Of a DNA stretch of 64,000 nt, positions 15,395-28,068 are shown piece by piece. The position numbers and the translations under genes are program-made. The notes under the pieces are model-generated. The model saw only the letters and a list, made by a program, of their open reading frames with translations. It did no database searches and was not told the origin of the DNA. Source of the stretch: Octopus vulgaris. Lineage: Eukaryota. Position 1 is the stretch's first letter; every line of letters starts with the position of its first letter. The DNA lies in NCBI GenBank assembly GCA_951406725.2, contig OX597832.1:53258001-53322000 (forward strand), written 5' to 3'.

Positions 15395-18329
15395 TTAAAG
15401 ACCTGTCCTCTCATCAATCTTCTGCTTGTCAATCAATTTTTAAAGACCAATATTTTACAAGCAGCCCTTCCTTAACAAAACCCTAATTTCTGATCCACTG
15501 CTGCAACACATAACATTCAGCTATTAACGAATGAATCTTTTTGCATATTACCATTTACCCCCAGGACATGTAAACCTCCATAAACTCTACCTTCTCTTAT
15601 ACAGCACTCATTCCAAAACTTAAAATTGTCTTTTTACTACATTTCAAAAACATTAAGTCTCCTCGCAAATACTATCAGACTTCATTCACTCAAAAGTTAT
15701 TGTATATTTATTTGAAAATATAACAGCAGGCAATTTTTTTTTGTTTCCTCATATCCCCAAGACGTTCCCATAACCCTTTAGCATTTAAACCTGCCACATG
15801 AAGCCCAATATTCTACCTGTTTTATGTTCAAACTGGCCAGAGCTGGCCTTTCACATCTACCCTACAATGTCATTCTAAAAATAAACAATCACATCATTGA
15901 AATCTTGAGGCTATGACATAATACATGATTAATTCAAAACAATGTGAATAAATAAGCATTACATTTGATAGAGCAATCTAAATATTAAAGAGTTAGCCTA
16001 AAATATCTTATTTTCTTTTTACACTGATTAAAAAACATCTTTATATTTAAAAAGAAACTCATCACAAAAAACAACTCTTAGCACTAAACTACCTTTTGCC
16101 ATTTTTAATTTTTGCAAACCCACTAAAATAATTCTATTTTAAGCAGAAGGCTCGAAATTTATAGAAAGGGGCCTAGTCGATTACATCAACCCCAATGTTC
16201 AACCGGTACTTATTTTATTAACTTAAGAAGACGAATGGCAAAGTTGGCATCAATGGAATCTGAATTTAGAATGTGAAGCCAGAAGAAAGGCTATTAAGCA
16301 TTTTGATTGGTTTGCAAACGATTCTGCTACTCTGCCATTCTGATGCCAATTCTAACAATTCTTCCAATCCCTCTCCAAACCTACTAAAGTAATGCCATCA
16401 TTCGAGGTGGAACCGTTTGCAATAATCTTGGAACAGATTATTAAATTATAAGACTGGAGGCATTTGTCACATTCTTCATCAGCTGTTTGCTATTAACCCA
16501 TTCATTAACACATTTCTAATGACATATACTTCCTGTACCCTTCAATTCATTGTGAAACTAATCAAGACAATGTTTTTGTCCTTCAGCTGATGCTTGGAAC
16601 ACTAACAACCCAAAAAACTCTAGATATAAAATTATAAAACATTTAAACTGAAATATCTTCCTATTGATACAGACTACTTTTGGTTTTGTATCCTAGAACC
16701 AAAAGTAGTTTCTGTATCAATAGGAAGATATACCAATAATCAACTTTTCCAGCAGAAGGTTAAGTTATTATTACTGGATCTGTGTGTCACCCCGCCCTTA
16801 CCATAACTCAAAAGCTGCTTTCAGTAAATCCTGCATTCTGTCCAGTTATCAAGCACAACCCCTCTATAAAACTGTGGATGGTTTCCCTATCATATCACAA
16901 CTAGCCCCAGTGTTTGCTTCAATTATCAAGGTTTTTGTTTTTTTATCTGTTTTCCATAGGAACAGGGTTTGATGATCCATTATGGTTCAAGCCATTTCTT
17001 GGAGTAAGTGCTCTCTTAGATGAGTTGGCAGACCACATCTAACATATTCCATTTTTGGTATTATTTCTAAAGTTGGATGCTCTTCATAACCATCCATTTT
17101 AAAGTATATGCAAGACATTTTCTGACACCAGTACTACAGAAACTATCATGCCATTAACAAGACACTGTCTCCATTAATTCATCAACCATGCTATAGAGTG
17201 TATTGAGTGCATTTTATTATTGCGTTAGCCCAATATCTACACAACACTATAATACCAAGCTGTCTGCTTGTATTTTTCATGTGTGTGTGTGTGAGAGATC
17301 GATACCAATTGGTTTGGATCTTATTCACTGTGGTTAACTCTGTAGCATTCCAGCATGAGCTAGCAGTGATCTCACATCATATTATGTAATATATCCTGTG
17401 CAAATACATTACTATGCTATTGAAACATTTGTAGCATGATTTGAACTACTGACTGTCTATTCATCTTCATTTATACAAATATATAGTGATGATTAAATAA
17501 TGAGAAAACACATGAATGATTAATTTATTTCATCCTTTACATACATTTCAATGGTGTAAAATTAGTGAGAATCCTTTTCAGAAACTGAACAATAACATGA
17601 ATGCAAAAAGATACTTCATAGAAAGTATTTAAATGTTAAGAAATCTACGACAATAATACTGACACATTACTCGTTTCAAAAAATGCTACAAAGTTTGACA
17701 GGCAAAGGGACTAAATAATATATGATTATGTAAGGAATCTAAATAAAAAAAAAAAGATGGCAGTTTGCTTGTAAACCACCCCCACAAATCAAAGAAAGGA
17801 CAAAGAAAAAAAATACATTCATTGGAAAATAAAATACACTTGTACAGACTTAGGTAAGATATAAGATATACAGTAATGCCTTGATCATCATCGTTTAACG
17901 TCCGTTCTCCATGCTAGCATGGGTTGGACGGTTCGACCGGGGATCTGGGAAGCCAGGAGGCTGCACCAGGCTCCAGTCTTATCTTGCAATGTTTCTACAG
18001 CTGGATGCCCTTCCTAACGCCAACCACTCCGTGAGTGTAGTGGGTGCTTTTTATGTGAGTTAATTCATTCCCAGAGACCACTTGTAAAGCAGAGCAATAA
18101 TTTCCCATAGTAGCAATGTTATAAATTGTAATTTGTCCCCAGAAATATATTTTACCTATAAAATTCATCACACTCATAAATAAATGGCAATAAAAAAAAA
18201 CAGTAGAATATAAAGAATATTTTATGTAAAGTAAAAAGAATGTCAAGATCATTTATAAAAAATATTATTATAATCATTTTCTGAATCATTTTCACTTGCA
18301 CTAGACTCACGCACACTATCACTTGTAGA

Positions 18330-18520
18330 TGCAATTGCCAATTCACAAGCACTCATGAATGGACTTGTAGATTTCTTTTTAAAAAGAAGTCTAGAGTTGT
18401 TTGCTTTGAAGAAGCTTTTTTTCGCTCTCTATAAGTTTCTTGATAACACACAGAAGCATTTATGGTAGTAGAAACTTTTGCACTTTGTTCGAAATTTGGA
18501 TCTTTTGCTTGAAAAATAAA
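18330..18520 (-). mobile_element. Tigger-like transposase C-terminal remnant
   Basis: Minus strand DPNFEQSAKV...CYQETYRERKKASSKQTTLDFFLKR resembles Tigger/TIGD C-termini. Confidence 0.55.
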
Positions 18521-19092
18521 ACTTGTAAATCCAGGGTCTTGTAAAGTGGGTGGGTCCTCGCAAAGTGAGGTATTACTGTACTAACATAGGAACAATTATG
18601 TGGACAAATTATAATATACATTCATATGAATATATACAAACCACTCTTTTCCAACTGAGGTATACATGTATCTATTCTACAGTAGGTCACCTATCTCTGT
18701 CTCTTGACACAAAGCCACCCACCCTTCAATACTACTACTCCTTCCCAGTTGAGGGACTTCTATCTTGCAAGGTACCTAGTGACTGTCACCATAAAAATCA
18801 CCCACGCCCGTGCTGTATAAAAGCACCCAGTACACACTTAAGTGGTTGGCGTTAAGGGCATCCAACCATAGAATCCCTGCCAAAACCGACATGGAACCTG
18901 AACAGCCCATCAGCTCCTGTCAAACCATCCAACCTATGTCAGCATGGAAAATGGGACGTTAAATGATGATAGTCAAACATTCACGTACCTGTTTAGAAAG
19001 ATATTTTTTGCATTTTCCTTATTTAATATGTAGTCCAAGGTTGTTACAACTATATACTTGCATATGATCAGGTATTTAGTAAAATACATTTT

Positions 19093-19431
19093 GTGGCACA
19101 TGGCTCAGTGGTTAGATTGTACATCTCACAATCATGAGGTAGTGAGTTCAATTCCCAGAATGGGTTGTGTTGTGTTCTTGAGCAAGACACTTTATTTCAC
19201 TTTTCTCCAGTTTACTCAGCTGTAGAAATGAGTTGCAACGTCACTGGTGCTAAGCTGTATTGGCCTTTGCCTTTCTCTTGGATAATATCAGTGGCGTGGA
19301 GAAGCAAGGCTAGTATGCATGGGTGACTGCTGGTCTTCCATAAAACAACCTTGTCCGGACATGTGCCTCAGTGGGTAACTTTCTAGGTGCAACCCCATGG
19401 TCATTCATGAGCGAAGGTGTCTTTACCCTTA
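19093..19431 (+). mobile_element. tRNA-derived SINE, family 2 (other copies ~44912-45232+, 50672-50930+, 56550-56882+, 38160-38490-)
   Basis: A box TGGCTCAGTGG and B box GAGTTCAATTCC, followed by a shared body (GTTCTTGAGCAAGACACTTTATTTCAC) and a CTTTACCCTT tail. Confidence 0.85.
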
Positions 19432-20125
19432 CTGGAGTGCAACAGATCACAGGCAGTTCTAAAGAAATGGTTATATGTCAGGCTATATCAAGGAACTTCA
19501 ACAAATTTTGTGTGCACATGTATGAATTAGCAGTGAGGTATGAGGGTACCATAAAATACCAATCTATTTCTCATTGAAAGAACTTGTGGTTAGACCTGGA
19601 CAGAGAGGGACCCAGCCAAGTTTAGATACCCAAAGCACTTGGATATCATAACAAGTGCTTATCTTAAGGCAACTGCTATGGCTGCTTCAGCCATGGTACC
19701 AGAGGCACATCAATATAATTATATATGAAGGTGGAACTTCATGTCTTCAATACAGCAGTCATGCTCAGAAATATATATATATACTTTATTTAAAGAAGCA
19801 GAAAATTCAACAAAACCTTTTACTCTGAGTTTCCCGTTCCCGTTCGTCGGACAGTTTTTGCTTTAAATAAAGCATATTACTCTACCACTGGTATTTGAGT
19901 ACTCTTTTTTCCACCTTGTTTCACATTTATGTGTTTACTCCGGTATATATATATATATATATATATACATATAGGAGCAGGTGTGGCAAGTTGCTTGCTT
20001 CCCAACCACATGGTTTCAGGTTAAGTCCCACTGCATGGAACCTTGGGCAAATGTCTTCTACTATAGCCTTGGGCTGATCAAAGCCTTGTGAGTGGATTCA
20101 GTAGATGGTAAACTGAAAGAAGCCC

Positions 20126-20168
<43 letters not shown>

Positions 20169-20368
20169 ATGTGTGTGCCCCACTACAACTTGACAAATAG
20201 AGTTGGTGTGTTTACATCCCCCATAACTTAGCAGTTCAGCAAAAGAAGGCTGAGAGAATAAGTACAAGTCAAAAAAAAAAAAAGTATGGAGAGAATAATT
20301 CACCTAACTAAAAATTCAAAGTGGTGCCCCAGTATGGCTGCAAGCAAGTCACAAACAAATAAAAGAAA

Positions 20369-20419
<51 letters not shown>

Positions 20420-21429
20420 CATCATTTTAATGTTCACTTTTCCAGATTTGCATGGGTCAGATAAATTTTATTGAAGCAGTCTTTTTTTTACAGCTATATA
20501 CCCTTCCGGCTGCTCAACCTTTACCTGTTTCCAAGCAAGGTATTATTTCCATGGTCAGATATGTTTACACAGAATATTTGAAATGAACAACATTCATTTA
20601 CTTTACAACAATCCCTCAATGTGAACATACATGGACACACGATGGAACCCTTTCAACTTACAGTCTACCAAATCCACTCCCAAGGCTTTGGTCGACCCAG
20701 GGCTATAGTAGAAAACACTTGTCCAAGTGACCACATGACTTTTTCTTGTAGCATCTGAAGTTATGTCTTTAGCAACAATAAACAATCCTCTCTACCTTAT
20801 ATTGTTTAATTCATCAACCACTTCAGAGTGTATTGAATGCATTTTATTATGGCACCAACACCAGAGAGGTTGTCATGCCTTTGAAAAAGCTAAACTGTCC
20901 TCTCTATGTTGTGTGTTCATTTAAGGTAAATGTGACAAAGAGTACAAGTATGAGAGGAGAAGCAGTGATGAAGTGGGAGGGGAAGAAAGAGAGATTAATA
21001 AGCAGCTACATGTTGGTTGTTGGTAAAGATATTGAATAGCAAAACATCTTAAGCAGCCAAATGGGACAAAGAGTGACAGAATGATGGAAAAAAAGAAAAT
21101 GTCAACAAAGAACAACAGAAGAGATAACAGAAGAGTGAAGGAAAGCAATAAACTGGAGGAGAGATGGGGTGATACTAATGAAGAGTGACACTGTGAGAGT
21201 GAAGGTTGGGGCTAGAATGAAGAAGGTAACGGTGGGAATGAAGGTAATGGTGGGAAAGCAGTAGAGTGCTAAAGAGGTGAAATTAGATCAAATGTCATTC
21301 TTCTGATACAAGTATTGATGTACAGTGAAAGGGAAAGAGGGTTAGTAATAGAGGACAGCAGGTATAGAGTTAATGGGGTAGAGAACTGATGTACGTATAC
21401 CTCGCAACCTTCACTATTCTGACAGGTGG

Positions 21430-22140
21430 GCAGCAGAGCTTCTCCAACATTGTATTGCTACTCATAATTCTAGTAATCACCTTCATGAGGTTTAGCTTAT
21501 TAAGGCTAGTCTTCATTATTCCAACCCAAGTCTTTGCAGTTTCTCTTCCATAGGTTCCTTCAAATTCAAGTAGTCAGCACTTATATATAATAGACGTCCC
21601 CCATATACACCATTATTCATACCTGTATAAATACAGCCTTCTCTTTGCACACTACATTGGATTCCTCATACACCCAGCTTTTTACAATGCATTTGCACTC
21701 CATCACTCACAAACACTACATCAAAAGTGCAATGAAGCATGCATGCTGCTTTTCTTTCTGGCCACAACAAATCTCACATTCAAGCCCTATATTTTGCTAC
21801 CATGTAACATCACATTCCATACACAAGTAATCCTTTGCTATCAACAAAACTTATCCCATCCCATTCTTACTTTCGTAACATCCACCTCTACTGCATCAAA
21901 AGCTGTTTGTTTCCTCTGAGATTTCCCATCATCTGAAGGAATTTATTTCACATGTAATCTTACTACCAATTATTAACAGGCATCTGCTACATACAAAGTC
22001 TACCTGTAATCCCACGTCTCTTGTGTATCTACAATTTACACTGGGAATAGCACATGACATTTCTAACTCTTTTTTTCTGTATAATAAACATACCCATTTC
22101 TCTGATGGTAGCAGGGTCCTGTCTTTTCTATGGGCTAAAA
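21430..22140 (-). mobile_element. Highly decayed RTE-like LINE fragment
   Basis: Patchy minus-strand similarity to the RTE C-terminal region (GTYGRE.AKTW resembling GTCGRGRPRKTW seen at ~44430-44470). Confidence 0.45.
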
Positions 22141-22704
22141 TTTTATTTAGTCTTAAAAGGGCATCTTAAGTTCAAGGATATTTTACTGGACTCCTCAAGT
22201 TAAATGAAATTTCATTTCCTTAAACTCTGAAGAGAAGAAGACCATTTGGAAGATTCTCTACCATCACTGACTGAAGAACATCAGCAAAATCTGTGTTGAA
22301 AATAAAATCCACTGTTACATTTCTATCATCTACTCGTTCAGACATACACACATGCACCTAAAATATCATTCTACATGTTTGATCCTGATCAGCATCATGG
22401 AATTTGGGATGGAGTTTTGCAATTGGACGCTCATCCAAACAAAAATTGCATTGTTGGAACAGATCAAGTGCTTTTCAAGATACCAGCATCAACAGATTTG
22501 TGTATGTAGAGTCAAGCGAGAGTGGGTGCAGTTGTAATGTTAATGATCATCATTTTAAAAATAAATGTTGCACTCCTGAGTAACATACATAACTGATTTC
22601 TTTAGTCTACTGACAAACAGATTCCACCCCTTGCACAATCATGGGTAAATGGATTTAAAACCCTCACCCACTACTTATTACATAAGCTGAACATCACCAC
22701 ATCA

Positions 22705-22778
22705 AACCAGCTCAAAAGAACGAACTAAGGTTATGGACCCTAACCAGCTCAAAAGAACGAACTAAGGTTATGGACCCT
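22705..22778. repeat. Exact 37-bp tandem duplication
   Basis: AACCAGCTCAAAAGAACGAACTAAGGTTATGGACCCT x2. Confidence 0.95.
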
Positions 22779-25700
22779 CTTACATAGTCTAAATCTCAAA
22801 CAATATGTAGTAGACATAAAACTTCAATACTTTACAACTGAGAGTATCCCTCAGTATCTCCTTTTAAATTATTGCTAATCTGATCTCTCACCTAATCATT
22901 TTCAGCTCTCACTTTCATGGTCCAGACCAAATTGTTCCAAGTTTTAACAGTGATCACTAATTCCAAATGTTAATGGCTCAAAGGCATTTCCTCTATTACT
23001 ATTCTTCAAATTAATATGCAATTCTCTATGTCAACAGGTTTAGAGTTAAAAGCAGATTTTAATCCAATCTGAACTAATTCAATATACCAGCAGATGCACT
23101 GTCACTACCAAACTTACAACAGAAGTTGCACTCTGTAATCATGAATCCTTCATTTCCTAGATCTTTAACCTGAAGTAGCTGCTCAAACAAAGTTTGGAAT
23201 ATTTCTTGCAAAGATATTCTTTTATGTGTTTTCATTTGATTGTGGCCATGCTGGAGCACCACCTTGAAGTATTTTAGTTGAACAAATCAACCTCAGGACT
23301 TCTTTTCTTTTAAAGTCTAGTACTTATTCAATTGGCCTCTTTTGCTGAACCGCTAAGTTATGGGGGATGTGAACATACCAACATTGGTTGTCAAGCAATG
23401 ATGGGGGGAACAAACACACAACGGGCTTCTTTCAGTTTCTGTCTACCAAATTGACTCACATGGTTTTGGTCAGCCCAAGGATATAGTAGAAGACACATGT
23501 CGAAGGTGCCACACAGTGGGACTGAACCCGGAACCATGTGTTTGGGAAGCAAGATTCTTACCACACAGCCATGCCTGAACCAATGTTAGGAAAGAAATTT
23601 TGCCTTCCTTCAATTTTTTTTTTCCTGAAGAAATTCCAATCTATTCCAACATTCACAGGACTTCCCTTCTTGCTGGTTCTTAAATGATTTCATTAAATCT
23701 CCCTCTGCCTCTAAATTTACCATTAACATCCACTTTATCTCTTCTGACCACCCACCTTTGTCAACCACTCATTTCACTCTTTCCATTCTATAATAGTAAA
23801 TGTTTTGCATTAAATATACAACTTTTCTCAAGCAATCTATTTTCAATTAACCATCTTTGAAGAGCCAATCTACCATTCAACAAGCATGTGGTCTCTGAAA
23901 TAAAGGAATATAAAACTGTGCTACATTTCTCCAAAACAGAAACTACAAGCCAATGAGTCTTTCACCACAATTGTTCCACTGGCTAAAAATAACACCCAAA
24001 ACTTTTTAAAATCTTACTTTACCATCTTAAAAAAAAAAAAGGCTGCATTGGCTCACATAGATTAAGATAACACTAAAAAAATATTGTAGGAAGGGATAAT
24101 GATGTGACTACCTGTTACCATACACCTCAAATCAAGACTCACCTTAGAGTACACAAATACATGACTCTAACCTAAAGTTGCTAAAACAATCATTTTTAAC
24201 ATCTACTTTTCCATGCTTGTATCGGTCAGATGGAATTTATTGAGGCAGATTTTCTATGGCAGGATGCCCCTCCTGTCACCAGCTCTTGTTTCCAAGCAAA
24301 GTAATATTTCCCTGTGGATGGACATTTTTCATGGAAGACTGATGCTAATGCTCATTTACAACCACCCCATGTCACACAAGAATGGACAGGGACACACACA
24401 CACACGATGGATTTCTTTCAGTTTCCACGTACCAAATCTACAAACAACACTTTGCTCGGCCCAGGAAGATACTTCCCCAAGTGCCATGCATAAGGACTGA
24501 ACCTGAAACCATGTGGCTGACAGCAAGCCTCTTAACCACACAGCCACATCTAACTCTGTTATGAATTTCAGTATCCGACAGTAATTGTGCAAAGTTTGTT
24601 ATGTGTGGATTGTGTGGCGTTAATGAGTTGCAGTTGTATAGAATGTGAAGATAAAATATTAACAAAACATTTCCAAATTTCCTTAAATCTGACCAGCCAC
24701 CAGTTGTGGTGTCTAGTCCTCTGCACTTTATATAACTGTGACAATAGAAATATACTTGTTAAACTCTTTCACATTCAGTGAAGGAGTTTCACTTTGAAAA
24801 CGGAAAGTTCTTAACTTCGAAACGACATTTTCACACACAACCCATCATATCTTCTAGTGAAGCATTCATTTCAAAATATGTATATATATATATACACTCA
24901 CAACCTTAGACACAAATATCTTGCTAATTCCAGATCTCTGTTCTTTAAAATATAAAATTAATTTCACAGAATTCATTTAACTATCATCTCATTTCTAGTC
25001 TTTGACAGCAAGAGGCCCAACAGATGCCGTAAATACTGCTGCAACTACGTATACCTAACACAAAAAAGACCTGAAAATACCCATGTGTCTATATATTTAT
25101 CAATGACTAATCAATCAATCACAACATCAATCTGCTTGTCAGTCAGAATAACTTACATAAGTACCAACAACGCCTATTTGTCAATTTGTATACTTTCGTC
25201 TACATCAGTCTCTATTTGCATCTTCCCCTATCAGTTTGCCTGTTCTCAAACAGTCTACCTATTCATAGTAAATGAATATCTAGCCACACTCACATAGACA
25301 AGTATGGGCGATTTAATCATCCATTTTAGTGATGAAGCCGAAGGAGGGAATATAGAATCATTAAATTTCACATTGAATATTTTATGCAACATAAAAATAT
25401 TAAAACGGGCCGGTAAAGCCAACTAAAAGTAAGAGTCTGGTAAGAGTTTAAAATAAAACGAGACGGATTCAATAATTTCTTCATGACTGGTTTATACAAG
25501 GAAGTTAGATGTCGGCAAAAATAAGAACTTGCGAACTGAAAAAACTTTTAACGAGTTCAAAAATTAAACCTTATCACGGTCAAGCAACTTATTATATTCA
25601 CTATTATATGTCCATAAAAACAAATATACGCAGTGTGCGTTCAATCTTCTAGAAGTAACAGCCAAATCACACCCCGTTGTCTTAAAAAAAGAGAGTGACA

Positions 25701-26432
25701 CATTGGATAATGTAGTCGTAGATATAAAAAAAAAAAAAAAAAGGATGAGACGGTCATAGTCGGAATAAGGTTTGATCAGAGGTCTTCTCGATGAGAGCTA
25801 AGAGGTTTCCATCGACAACTTTCAAACCCAGAATAAAATTACAAACTGGGTTGTATTAACAACATTCAGCAACTTTTGAAACCATTAAAACTAGACATTG
25901 CCCGATCAAACTCGATTGATAAATTTGTCGTGGTGACCTCTATGTAGAAGATAGAAAGAATTATTAATTCTGTAATTCAAATATCTGAAAACTCATTTGA
26001 GAAACCCAACGAACGAACAAACCGAAATATATAAACCTCACTCAGACGTAAAAGAAAACAAAATATGAAATAATTAGAAGAGTTTCTTGATAGAATAAAC
26101 ATATTAATCGTCAATAGTCAACATTATATTTAAATAGTCTAAGCCATTAGCATTTATTTATTTATTTTTTTGATGAGTTGAAACTTGTCCACGGTTCTTC
26201 GGCTGCTTCTAGGTTTATCATCGCATCTTCTTCACACACACACACATACTTAAATTTAGCAAACTACGCAACTATAAACTATTCAAGAAGTACAGTAAAA
26301 AAATGGCTAAATGAAACTTCAAAAAGATTCTTCAATGGTGAAACTAAAACTATGATGGCCTACTACTTGGTGATTAAAACCTAAACCAGAGATAACCATA
26401 CAAAATATACGCTGCTGACTTTTACAGGTAAA

Positions 26433-26463
<31 letters not shown>

Positions 26464-27022
26464 ACGAAGAAGAGAAGCAGCTCTAACATGACTGTTGTAT
26501 ATAGTTTGTTCTACGTTGTTCTTTAACTGACAAAAATCTCCAAATATATCATCGCGTGGTTATAAAATGTAGGATCAAGTTACTGGAGTTTGTTCGGTCT
26601 CCCAACTCCCATCATTGAACTCCAGCATAGAGAAAACACAAGAGAATAATGAAAAAAAATGTTCTTAGAGTTTAACAATTTGTTTTTTGTTGTTGTTTTT
26701 TCTTCTTTTCATTTTCCTTTTATTATTTTTTTTTTATTTTATTTATTTTTTTTTTATCATCAAACACACAAAACTCTTTTTTTAAATTTTTCTTCTAAAC
26801 ATTTAAACTTTTTTTTATTCTACCGATAAAAAGTGAGAGAAGAAAGAAAAAATGAACACAAGTACTTAAGATTTTTTTTCAAAAAGGCACACGCAAATAA
26901 TGATGAATAAGAAAAAAGGGATTAGTGAGTGTTATCATGACGACGATATACTAATTCTTCATGTATCTCTCTCTCTCGGTGTGAAATCACGTCCAATAGA
27001 AGAGGCAAATAAGCAAACTTAC

Positions 27023-27075
27023 CTGTCTTCAAACGTAACAGTAACCTCATCATCATGAATATTCTTGATAAAAGC
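27023..27075 (-). CDS. FMR1: FMR1/FXR coding exon 2 (AFIKNIHDDEVTVTFED-S)
   Basis: Acceptor ttttcttttatttag, donor AG|gtaagt, 53 nt, phase 0 to 2. Matches FMRP AFVKDVHEDSITVAFEN. Confidence 0.95.
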
Positions 27076-27662
27076 CTAAATAAAAGAAAAATTTCGTTGG
27101 ATATTACGCGTCGTGTTCTTTAGAGAATGGATATTTATAAATTCCTATTAGTATGTTCTAACGAGAAAATGCTAGCAAAATGTAGTACTATTTCAGGAAA
27201 TCTATATGGTTATATTCATAAAATTTCTCGAATTGTGAAATATATCATTTATGTGCTTGGAAAGTGAAGAAATTTGGTATTTCATTTCCTCACAATTAGA
27301 GCCATTGTGAATAGAAGTTAATTTAGAATACAGCGAAGGACATAGGTCCAGCAGTGTATAATGTATTAATTGATAGATATTAAGGAAGAAAAACTAAATA
27401 TCGAGAATATTTATTCAACATTAATTGAAGTAACGTGAAAAACTAACAATAATTAAAAGGAAACTACAGATTTACGAGAAATACTTAAAAGCGGCCAACA
27501 TTTTTACTACTACACAAGAACTTTTGATGCACGCGGATGTTGCTTAAAAGAAATTTATGGTATCACGAGTGTTTTTATCGTTTGTTTCAATGTTAAAAGA
27601 GTTCACTGTAAAATATATATGTTAACATAAATGAAATGGAAATAGTGACAGATGCAACAAAC

Positions 27663-27713
27663 CTTTAAAAAGGCCCCGTTATTCCAGCATACTTCCACCG
27701 CAAGGTCCTCCAT
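27663..27713 (-). CDS. FMR1: FMR1/FXR-family RNA-binding protein, coding exon 1 (MEDLAVEVCWNNGAFLK)
   Basis: Minus-strand ATG at 27713 in the context CAAAGATGG. 51 nt ending at a GT donor (AAG|gtttgt). The translation matches the FMRP N-terminus MEELVVEVRGSNGAFYK, and the coding length equals that of vertebrate FMR1 exon 1. Confidence 0.95.
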
Positions 27714-28000
27714 CTTTGTTTGATGATGCTTTCTGGGAAATATTTTGCGTATAACTTGTGTATAAATCCGGAAAAAAATATCTTTCGAGAAAAGACGAAA
27801 ATTTCAGCATTCGAATTACAGTACGGAATTTTCTATCACAACTAAATGTCTAGAATTGTAAAATTTCGTCAAAAAAAAATTCTTGCTGACAATTCTCGTA
27901 CTAACGGATTGAAGCGTGACTAACAATATGGCAGCGGTTTGTGTAGGTTGAGTCGAATATTACGGAGAAGAACTCACTCAAATATTACGACATCCCGAAA
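27714..28000. promoter_or_regulatory. Bidirectional promoter and 5' UTRs between the FMR1 and probable WDR44 start codons
   Basis: 287 bp between divergent ATGs, repeat-free, with about 15 CpGs by hand count against a CpG-poor background. YY1-like CAATATGGCAGC at 27924-27935 and ETS core CCGGAA at 27768-27773. Confidence 0.8.
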
Positions 28001-28068
28001 ATGTCGTCTGATAGCGAGTTGGACGAGTTTTATGATGCTGAAGATCATTCTCCGGAACTACATAATGT
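28001..28068 (+). CDS. WDR44: Probable WD repeat-containing protein 44 (Rab11-binding), coding exon 1 (MSSDSELDEFYDAEDHSPELHN-V)
   Basis: ATG in AAAATG context, donor GT|gtaagt. The extreme N-terminal acidic tract plus FFAT motif (EFYDAED) resembles human WDR44 MASESDTEEFYDAPED. The WD40 region lies outside the window, so the name rests on this motif only. Confidence 0.75.

Noticed and set aside
22200-23210. Coding-like minus-strand stretches in FMR1 intron 2
   Set aside because: Multiple stops, no splice-consistent exon and no family motif I could name. Probably an old repeat.
26594-26625. Possible alternative FMR1 first exon (MMGVGRPNKL, phase-2 donor gtaact)
   Set aside because: Weak donor, no homology, and readily explained by chance.
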